DNA of 64,000 nucleotides from Chitinophagales bacterium (GTDB lineage Bacteria; Bacteroidota; Bacteroidia; Chitinophagales; JAUHXS01): NCBI GenBank assembly GCA_965213575.1, contig CBDBZN010000018.1, positions 16,598 to 80,597 of the forward strand, read 5' to 3'. Shown piece by piece: positions 39,851 to 49,200 of this stretch (position 1 is its first letter; each line of letters starts with the position of its first letter). The notes under the pieces were generated by a model. It saw only the letters and a program-made list of their open reading frames with translations, ran no database searches and was not told where the DNA came from. The position numbers and the translations under genes were made by a program.

Positions 39851-40501
39851 CTAGTGCTTGCGAGAGATTGAGTTGGGTAGGAGTTTTTCCAATTTCTCAA
39901 TGCTTGAATTTGAAGGAAAGGGAATGATGTCAATTTCGATGTTACGATCATTTATTTGGGTTAATATCACTGAAAAACTGGGTAATAGATTTATAGAATT
40001 TTCACCTTTGAAATTATTTACCATATTTGTTATTTCATTAAATGAGCAAGTGCCATATTCGTATAAAATATTTTCTCCAAAGTTCCAATCATATTTAAAT
40101 AGCTTACAATCTCGTGTCTTTTCTTTTAAAACAAAATATGCAGTATAGTACCAAACTTCACCCTCTCCAAATTTTTCTATGATAATAATTTCATCTGATT
40201 TTATATTGTTTGTATGTGAATAATCAGTAAAACTATTCCAAAGGTTCTTCCGATTTGTTTGGATCAAGTTTTCTACCTCATGTAACCTTTGTAAATAAAC
40301 GGTGTTAAATTTTGAAGAATCTTTTTTATTACTAAGAGCATCATATACCTTCGCAAGAGCCAAGGAATCAATAACATTTATCTTTACATCTGTAAGCTCA
40401 ATATTTTGAATTGGTTCTACCGAGGAAATTTTACTAGTATGAGTTTTATCAAGTTGGCAATTACTTAGTAAAATAATTAACCCTAATAAGTATATTTTCA
40501 T
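39851..40501 (-). CDS. lipoprotein, candidate immunity protein for the orphan metallopeptidase toxin
   Basis: Leader MKIYLLGLIILLSNC. 216 aa. Starts 5 nt after the orphan toxin ORF. The call rests on position only. Confidence 0.45.
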   Translation of the reverse strand: MKIYLLGLIILLSNCQLDKTHTSKISSVEPIQNIELTDVKINVIDSLALAKVYDALSNKKDSSKFNTVYLQRLHEVENLIQTNRKNLWNSFTDYSHTNNIKSDEIIIIEKFGEGEVWYYTAYFVLKEKTRDCKLFKYDWNFGENILYEYGTCSFNEITNMVNNFKGENSINLLPSFSVILTQINDRNIEIDIIPFPSNSSIEKLEKLLPNSISRKH

Positions 40502-40506
40502 TTTAG

Positions 40507-42264
40507 TCAGTTTTTTTTGAGTTCTACATCTGCTTCAGTAGTTGTAACAGGAGCATCAGGAAAGAGAGTTGGAGAAATCCTAAGTGGCAAACCTTGTTCG
40601 AAGCGTAAGAAATTTTCTAGTTTTCTAGTTCGAACTTCATTAAATGATAACTTTTTAAATCTATCTTCACTCGTCAAGTCCACTCCAAAGATTAATCGCT
40701 CAGGATCAAAAAAGTTTGTGTTTTTAAGATTACTTTCGCCTAGATTATTAATATAGGAGTGTAACAATTCATGACCTAAACCTATTGATAAAGGACGATC
40801 TCTAGAACCCTTAACGTCAAATCCTCCTTTATTAGTTGGGCTAGTATTAAGTTTTATTACAGAACCAGTTCTCTTTCCCGTAGTTCCTTTAACATTTTTG
40901 TCTATATCTGGAGTGGTGGAGTTTCCGTCTGTTGTTGGAATAATTGATATCACGTTTTCACTTGTGGTCAATGATTCAATCAGTGCTGTACCAAAATCTT
41001 TATTATTACCACTTGGCTCCCCAGCTTTAACTACTGTCTTTTGCTCTGATAATTTAACATTAGCAATGTTATTATGTAGAAGAACTACAGTATTATCCTT
41101 TAGTAAAAGTAATTTTTCGCTGGTTAATTGTTGTAGGGCGTTAAATGTATTATTGACAAAGTCAGGATCACTAGAGGCTATTTTAATTATTTTTCCATAT
41201 ACATCTCTAAACCAAATTGGATTATCACCAGCAAAACCATAAGAAGTAAAATCATGATATTTATCCGTTAATGGATCTCTGTTTTTCCTCCTCCCTAATC
41301 TAGCATCATATCCATACCCTTCGAATACGTAGTCATTTTCTGTACCATTCCATTCTTTTATAACTTCATACCCGTTAAACCCATAAGAATATTTAATCTC
41401 ATCCGCCTCACACAGCGCATTCTCCATCCTGGTGATCTGGTAATCATCAAAATATACTCGGTATTCTTGATCACTGGTATTGGATAGATATACCTCAATA
41501 TACCCATCTTCTTTGATGCCTTTGGTGAGCATTAAGTGATCGTGTGTATCATCTAAGGTATCTCTCTTAGCTTTTCCTGAAGGCTTAGCCCCATCCATAG
41601 CATCTTCGCTTACTGCGATTTGAGCACTATCTATCAGCACACTGTCTTTGTTGTACAACCTATAATTCAAGTAAGCAGTGGGAGTACCTTCATAGCTATC
41701 TCCGCCTAATAGAGGAAGTGGAAGGTTTAATATAGGGGGTATTAATTTAGCAACTTGCATTCCGTATTCTCCAATAGGGGTTAAGTAAGTTAATGGAGCC
41801 AGTATAGCCATAATAGGCAGGCTCATCTCTTTACTTTTATCTTTTGATAGATTGGGTAAGAACTTAGCGTAGGCTTGCATGACTATGCTATCTCCTTGGA
41901 GCACGGGAACTGTCTTTCTCAGCCCTTGAGCAGCACTTCCATCTTTATCTAAGGCTAATAATTTTAACTTATCCAACGAATCGGTATGGTTCATATGACT
42001 CATAGCGGTGATATTGATGCTGTCATAGCTCTCATAGAACTGAGCTCTTTCTATTTCTTCTCTATCACCTTCCATCGTTGCTAAATAGCTTTCTATGGGG
42101 GTTTCGCAAGTAGGCATCAGCATACCGAATGGGTAGTAGTTTACGCACCAAAATTTGCTTTCTGATTTTTTCGCTACTTGCAGGTTTTTAGGTACTGGAT
42201 TTTTTCCTACTACCTCTAAAGTTGGTTCGTGATTTTCTGATATGTCCAGTTTTTGACATCCCAT
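40507..42264 (-). CDS. orphan RHS C-terminal cassette: pre-toxin block + divergent RHS core end + HExxH zinc-metallopeptidase-like toxin
   Basis: 585 aa, no signal peptide, no YD-repeat shell. Residues of about 42-289 are nearly identical to the main RHS protein. Core-end remnant YGYDARLGRRKNRDPLTDKYHDFTSYGFAGDNPIWFRDVYGK. GLGHELLHS encoded at 40759..40773. Confidence 0.8.
   Translation of the reverse strand: MGCQKLDISENHEPTLEVVGKNPVPKNLQVAKKSESKFWCVNYYPFGMLMPTCETPIESYLATMEGDREEIERAQFYESYDSINITAMSHMNHTDSLDKLKLLALDKDGSAAQGLRKTVPVLQGDSIVMQAYAKFLPNLSKDKSKEMSLPIMAILAPLTYLTPIGEYGMQVAKLIPPILNLPLPLLGGDSYEGTPTAYLNYRLYNKDSVLIDSAQIAVSEDAMDGAKPSGKAKRDTLDDTHDHLMLTKGIKEDGYIEVYLSNTSDQEYRVYFDDYQITRMENALCEADEIKYSYGFNGYEVIKEWNGTENDYVFEGYGYDARLGRRKNRDPLTDKYHDFTSYGFAGDNPIWFRDVYGKIIKIASSDPDFVNNTFNALQQLTSEKLLLLKDNTVVLLHNNIANVKLSEQKTVVKAGEPSGNNKDFGTALIESLTTSENVISIIPTTDGNSTTPDIDKNVKGTTGKRTGSVIKLNTSPTNKGGFDVKGSRDRPLSIGLGHELLHSYINNLGESNLKNTNFFDPERLIFGVDLTSEDRFKKLSFNEVRTRKLENFLRFEQGLPLRISPTLFPDAPVTTTEADVELKKN
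41398..42142 (-). repeat. 745-bp direct repeat, orphan copy (recombination handle)
   Basis: Colinear with 44264..45008. Only 5 amino-acid differences across about 248 codons (G/D, H/Q, L/V, Q/K, D/E). Confidence 0.9.
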
Positions 42265-42538
42265 TCTGTCACTAAAGTACTTTTATTTTTTCATTCTCCC
42301 TAATTTTTTCTTTCAGCTGAGTTTTCAGATGAAAGAAAAAAACTTGTCCGACTTTTGGTGTGATCATACGTTTTTTAGAGTGATGGAGCGTATTAATAGG
42401 GCTTTATTTCTTTTTATTTTTGCTTTAATCCTTTCTCTCTAACCTTACAATAAAAATTTCATTGGAATCCGTAGTCGCTGCCCTGAAAGCCTCGGCTACA
42501 GACTACGGACAGAGGTGTCAGCGGAGAGACTTACAGGC

Positions 42539-43291
42539 TCAATACTTCTTTAACAACTCTTCCGGATATTCTACATCTGGTATTGGTAACAAAAATTCCG
42601 ACAATGGTCTTGTATTCCATTGCTTTTTAAACCACTCTTCTTTTCCTTTTATTTGATAATCGTAATAACCAGGGGCAATTTGAAAGTCATAATACCCTTC
42701 TACAAACTCTGCCTTCTTCCAAATTTTTTCTTCTGTCCAAAAACAAGTATCAACTAAAGAGCAGTTTGTTTTAAAATGAATGGCATCTTTGATTTCATCA
42801 AAATAATAATCCCTTAAGTTAAATTGTACTGTTTCATAGGTGGCATATCCATTAGAACGATTTTTATGAAAGGGATAAAGTTTCCATATTTCATTAGTAT
42901 TTTCCCTAAATCCAATCCAATCATAACTCGCATAATACCATTGCTTTGTAGAATCCTCTAAGCTATTCTGATTCCATTCTGCTGCTGTTGGCATTTCTAC
43001 AATGATAAAAGCAAATAATTTGAGAGAGTCAGGGCTATAGAAAATATCATCTACATAAATATTAACTTGATAACCTTTCTTACGATATTGATGGAGATAA
43101 TGTAACTCATAATAATCTTTATTAATAAACTGATTGAATGTAAAAGCCAATAACATACTGTCCCTTCTTTTCTCTGCTTCTCCCATAACATCAGGAATGC
43201 TTTCTCGCATTTCCTGCAATTTTTGTTTCTGTCGCTCGTTTCTTCTGCAGGATGAAAATAACATTGAAAAGCAAACAATTATTAATACTAA
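42539..43291 (-). CDS. immunity-protein-like lipoprotein segment, currently in frame with the toxin (no separating stop, no in-frame ATG/GTG/TTG start)
   Basis: ...LVLIIVCFSMLFSSC-RRNERQ... looks like a lipoprotein h-region plus lipobox. The remaining 230 or so aa resemble no toxin motif. Matches the position and lipoprotein nature of the orphan immunity candidate. Confidence 0.4.
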   Translation of the reverse strand, partial: LVLIIVCFSMLFSSCRRNERQKQKLQEMRESIPDVMGEAEKRRDSMLLAFTFNQFINKDYYELHYLHQYRKKGYQVNIYVDDIFYSPDSLKLFAFIIVEMPTAAEWNQNSLEDSTKQWYYASYDWIGFRENTNEIWKLYPFHKNRSNGYATYETVQFNLRDYYFDEIKDAIHFKTNCSLVDTCFWTEEKIWKKAEFVEGYYDFQIAPGYYDYQIKGKEEWFKKQWNTRPLSEFLLPIPDVEYPEELLKKY

Positions 43292-46200
43292 GCCTGGATT
43301 ATTCTCTTGAAAATCAATGGTAGTTTCTCGAGTATTAAGAAAAGTTTTAAGAGCTCTAGAATTACCCCTGTTAAGTGTTGGTATATCACCTGTTGTAAAT
43401 TCTCCTATTCCATGTCCTGTTCCTTTAGCTACCTTAAGTTTTCTGCCTCCAGGAATGTTTGAACTACCTGTCCCACCTATTAAACGTCCAAGAATTCCAT
43501 TTGCTACATTGTCTATATCGCCGCTCTTAAAATCAAGTTGTTTTACTTCTGTCGGCTTTGGCAAAGATGATCCCTGAAATGCTGCTAAATCTATTTGATA
43601 TTCAAGTTGGAATTTTTCTATACCTTGACTTTCTGCATATTCGCTTAATGCTTGCACAAAACCCCTGGAGTAGGCTGTTCCCATACTATGAGTAACAATT
43701 TTAATAGTCTCTCCCTCGGAAAGATTATCAAATATTTCAGCTGCCTGAGCCTGTCCCATGGCTTTTCCTGCTTGTATTCGTTTTATAGAATTTACATTCG
43801 AATTCGCTGATAATTCAAATAAAGTTCCTCCCACAGCCCCTAAAATAGGGTTGCCGAAAAAAGAGCCTGCAATTCCACCTTCTATTAATCCTTCAAGAGC
43901 ATTAAATGTTGTACTACCAATACCACCAGATGAACCGTCATAGTATCTAGCTGAATAATCCCCTATGACTTGTTGAACTTGTTTATCAAAACCGCCCCAA
44001 TATGAAGGATTCCCTCCACTTCCTCCATTAAACCCATTGATAAAAATAACAACATTCCCATCAGGATCAGTAGCTTGAATTGGAGTATTAAACACATATG
44101 CATAAGGACTTTGATCGGGATACATTCTTGCCATATCATCAGAAGTTGGAGTTCTTCCTAAACGAGTGTCTAACCATCTTTCTCCTAAATCTACAACACC
44201 GCCAGTAGTGCTATAAACTTCATTCAAGTTTTCCTTACCATTAAACCCGAATGGATACCTCAACTCATCCGCCTCACACAGCGCATTCTCCATCCTGGTG
44301 ATCTGGTAATCATCAAAATATACTCGGTATTCTTGATCACTGGTGTTGGATAGATATACCTCAATATACCCATCTTCTTTGATGCCTTTAGTGAGCATTA
44401 AGTGATCGTGTGTATCATCTAAGGTATCTCTCTTAGCTTTTCCTGAAGGCTTAGCCCCATCCATAGCCTCTTCGCTTACTGCTATTTGAGCACTATCTAT
44501 CAGCACACTGTCTTTGTTGTACAACCTATAATTCAAGTAAGCAGTGGGAGTACCTTCATAGCTATCTCCGCCTAATAGAGGAAGTGGAAGGTTTAATATA
44601 GGGGGTATTAATTTAGCAACTTGCATTCCGTATTCTCCAATAGGGGTTAAGTAAGTTAATGGAGCCAGTATAGCCATAATAGGCAGGCTCATCTCTTTAC
44701 TTTTATCTTTTGATAGATTGGGTAAGAACTTAGCGTAGGCTTGCATGACTATGCTATCTCCTTTGAGCACGGGAACTGTCTTTCTCAGCCCTTGAGCAGC
44801 ACTTCCATCTTTATCTAAGGCTAATACTTTTAACTTATCCAACGAATCGGTATGGTTCATTTGACTCATAGCGGTGATGTTGATGCTGTCATAGCTCTCA
44901 TAGAACTGAGCTCTTTCTATTTCTTCTCTATCATCTTCCATCGTTGCTAAATAGCTTTCTATGGGGGTCTCGCAAGTGGGCATCAGCATACCGAAGGGGT
45001 AGTAGTTTTGAGTAGAGACGATGTCGGGGGCGTAGGAGAGGTTTAAAATACATGCTTGTCCATCAGTTGTCCAAGTAGGATCATTATTCTCTACAGCACT
45101 AGATAATCCTAATGTCCCATCAAAACCATTAGGTGATAGATCTTGAACTACCTGACCACTTCCTTCTTCAAAATTCCAATATGCCAAAAGACCTATTTCT
45201 GCACCAGTTAGCTTAGTACTCATTGAATTTTGAATCTCTGTTTGCGAGCGTTCAATATTCCAAATTCTTACTTCATCTATGCCTCCTAGAAAAGGTACAA
45301 ATCCGTTTGTATTGAAAGAACCAATAATAATATCTTCTGTACTTGTTAAATCGGTTGAAGAAATAGTAGACCCATCTATACTACCATCTATATATAGTGT
45401 AACATCAATACCTGACCTTACCAATGCAATATGATGCCAACTATTATCTTTAATATATGTAGCTCCAGTAATTACTGTTGACTCAGATATTTGGACACCA
45501 ATTGTTGACGAGATGGGGTTTACGAAAATTTTATAACCCAAGTTTCCTCCATCAATATTATTAATAATTCCATAGGGGGTAGTGGTAGCTGAATCAGCTT
45601 TTATCCAAGCCTCTATTGTAAAGTTTCCAGTACCTAAGTTCTGATTTGGAGCATACGGAACTCTGACATAGTCATCATTCCCATCAAAACTTAAACTACT
45701 ACAAATCTCTGTTTGACTAATTATCGCCAACTTCTTATCTGTTACCACTGCCAGCACATTCCCTAAATGGTTGGTGAGTTCGTAGCTTTTATCGCCTCGG
45801 GTGAGCTTTGATGAAGCTGCACGCTGCTTTTTAACCCCCACCCTACTACTTCCATAGATCATGTGCTCATTAACTTCATAAGTTCCTGCTGGTGCATCCC
45901 CTCTATAAGTCGCCAAAATATTTCCACTGGCATCTCTCACATAATTAGTGGTTATCCAAGTAAGTGGGTCAGTAGGGTCAGATTTAACGATTTTCCTTAT
46001 TCGATTTCCGTTGCCGTCGTATTCAAAAGTTAAGTCAGGTTTGCTGCTACCCATTATTCGTTTTACTTCTTTTACTTTTCCATATACTGTCCAATCGATG
46101 GATTCTATATCTTCAGAAAAATCTGCTGTCAGATTTCCGACAGCATCATAGTCATAATTACCCGGATCTTGATTTTCGATATCCATCATCCAGTTACTGT

Positions 46201-49200
46201 TGATAATGGTATCCTCTACATAGTCTAGTTTATTTGTACCTGTAATATAGTGGTAACCCATTTGATCCATATCCAAATTAGTAGCCGTAGCATTCCGTTT
46301 TAATCGTAATATATTGCCATTGGCATCATATTGAAGATTAGTCTTATAACGATCGTCTTCGGTAGCACCCCATACATTATTTTCAAAATCAAAATCAGCA
46401 TATGCTTTCATTTGTTTGATCCTGTTAAGCTGGTCGTATCGGTAAGCATGAAGTTGGGTGGTTTTTTCATCACCTCCGGAGCCACTCCCTGCCCCTCCTG
46501 TAAGGATAGGAGTAGCCAAAGATGTCACCATATGGCTGATATTTCCATTGTATAAGTTAGGTGCTGCAGTGCCTATATTGGGTAAGGCTGTAATAGATGT
46601 TAGAAATTGCTGATTACCGCTAATGGCAGTATAATCGTTATTGTGATATCCTAAACTAAACCCATACGCATCTTTAGCAATATAGCTATTCAGATTATTG
46701 GTACTGTCTGCATAGCCGTCTTGCCCGGGATCATATGGGGGATTAAGGGCATTACTATTAACATTTTTAACCCAGCCTTGTAACGTATAAGCATAATCAT
46801 AAGCTTGTACCTTATCCTCACCGATTTCCACTCTTGCTAAAGGACCGTGTTGGTAATAAAAATATTTTGCATCTCTTTCCCAGCAAATACCATCTTTACT
46901 AGTCAGTACTTGTGTAATCCTGTTATCTGCATCATAGCAATATTGGTGATGAAAAGCATCAGGCATTCCCCCTTGGTAATAGATAAAATTGACATTACCT
47001 GAAACTAAGTCATATTCATAATCAATTTTTTTAAATTCTTCATTTATAGCGGTCAATGTAGGATTTTGTTGCACCAAAGTTTTAACATTTCCATGAATAT
47101 CGTAACTATAGTGTGTTAAATATTCAGGATTATCATCGCCATCATTGTCGATTGATACACTACTAACTCGATTTCTTAAATTATTTTGTGAGATAAAGAG
47201 CGTAGAAGGTTGGCTATAAGTTGTCTTAGTGACTTCTGTTTGGGTGCCTGATGGCAAAAAGTTAGCGATAAACTCATCTTGATAAGGTATTTGGCTGCCA
47301 CCTGTTATTAAAGAGGCAGGATCAGTAGATGTTTCTATTTCACCCACTTCAATAATCCTTCCTAAATTATCATATTGTGTGTAAGAATATTGCGGGTCCG
47401 GCTCATGCAATGCCTGCTTTGCATTTTGGGAAATAATTAATCTTCCCAGTTCATCATAATAAAAAACTGTAGTGCCACCATCGGGAGTATTTTGCTCGAT
47501 CAGTTGGTTTAGTGAGTTATATTGATAATTAGTTTTAAAGGTATGTCCGGGATCGACAGGATTATTATTTACCGGATCTAAACGGTAATTGTTGATTTGA
47601 TTAAGCGTGTTAACATCAGTAATTCTATTAACGCCGGCCGGCGGAACCGTTTGTATTAAGTTTCCTGCTTGATCGTATGAATAGAGCGTGTAATGAAATT
47701 CCTTCTCGCTATAATTTACTGTGTAAATTTCTTCTGTATTGCTACAGTTTTTTCGATACAAAGCTTGGAAATCGGCTAATACACTATCCGCATAATATTG
47801 ATACGCTTGCTCCGCATCATAACGCGCTTGTTCTAATAGCGTTTCTTTACAAGCTAGTGCTGCATTAATGTTTAATGCCGGAGTCGTACGAGGTGTGTCA
47901 CAAAGTGGGTTTTTGATGCATTCTACAACAGAACTGGCCGTTTTAACCAGTTTTATATCATCCAATGCAAATCCGCTAGCATAATTAATATTACAGGTAT
48001 TGGAGGAATTTTCTAAAGAATCCCCATTAAAGCATAATCCATACTCTAATTCTATTCGAATAGTTAAATTATTATTATCCGCTATCCATATTTTGCTATA
48101 ATTTTGCCAACTGCCTATATCATTAGATGGTAGATAAATATTTAAAAATGATTGATTATTAAAATAAATATTTATAAATGGTTGAACGCAGGTGTTTGCG
48201 TAATAAGTTAACATACTCCTAATATTAAAATCATATTCACATCCATTTTCAACCACAATAGTTTTTTCAAAAACAGCAAAGTCATTTTGACTCGTATTTG
48301 TTGTATTATTAAAAGGTGGTACTATAGAAGCATGTGTTACATGAAAAAATGTAGAAGGGTCAGATCCTAAAAAAACTGTTTGCCCGTCAAATGTACAGGT
48401 ATTAGTATTGTTAATAAATGAGTGTTGAAAACCATTAGTGCATAAATAATCGCAATCATCAACTAATGTAGAAGTAAAAGTATTAAATGGAGGATTATTT
48501 TCATCAGGTATATTATTGAAGTTTTCTTCATACACTGTTTGTGTGCCGGCAAAAAGCTGCTTCTCCACATTACAACCCTCGACTGCCACGTATTCTGCGC
48601 AGTCAAACCCAAAATTATAGCAACCGGCACTACCTTGCAATTCAATAATAGCCCCATCACTAGCATGTGCTTTAATAGTAAATGCGTTGGTTGTAGCTTG
48701 TTGCATAGATGAGGGCTGAATATCAAAAAAGTCGGTGATGTTATTAAAATTATAGTTAGGTGTGATAATTGTCATGTCAATCTCACACGACGTTTGTCCT
48801 GAATATTGTATTTCAGCATCTAATACATTCAGTGAAGTTGTTCCTGAATATGAGTAATTACCGGCTCCCGCAAATCGAAGATTATTTGTCATTATCTTAT
48901 TATAGGGTTCTACAGCAAGGCCTTGCGTAACATTTAGGCTATTTCGATCTTTTAATAATAAATTAAGTAAATTTTGAAAATCATTGGCTACAGCTGCTTT
49001 TTCACAAACTTCTACATTTGGGCATCCGCCTACTTCAAAACAAGTGCTTGTACCAGAGGCTACTCCCTCAATAGTATCTCGTTGTCCATTAATAAGTTTG
49101 CTAAACTTACCTCTCAATATAAAATCAAAATTGCTTCCACTAACCTTATGTTTGATACTGACTATTTCAATTAATTGTGTCCAACTAGCGGTAGTTCCAT

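Noticed and set aside
30997-39875. The recurring 12-nt motif as integron attC or core sites
   Set aside because: It does not fit GTTRRRY / RYYYAAC pairs. No imperfect attC palindrome partner is seen per cassette, and no integrase gene lies in the window.
42265-42538. Possibility that the orphan cassette is simply the continuation of the main gene (a missed exon-like join)
   Set aside because: The main ORF ends with its own tip and immunity-like segment. The orphan repeats 745 bp already present upstream. The two therefore form a duplicated module, not a continuation.
42462-42656. 64-aa plus-strand ORF spanning the GC-rich hairpin and the RHS 3' end
   Set aside because: It is antisense to the end of the RHS/immunity ORF and has no start context. 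It is explained by the hairpin region.
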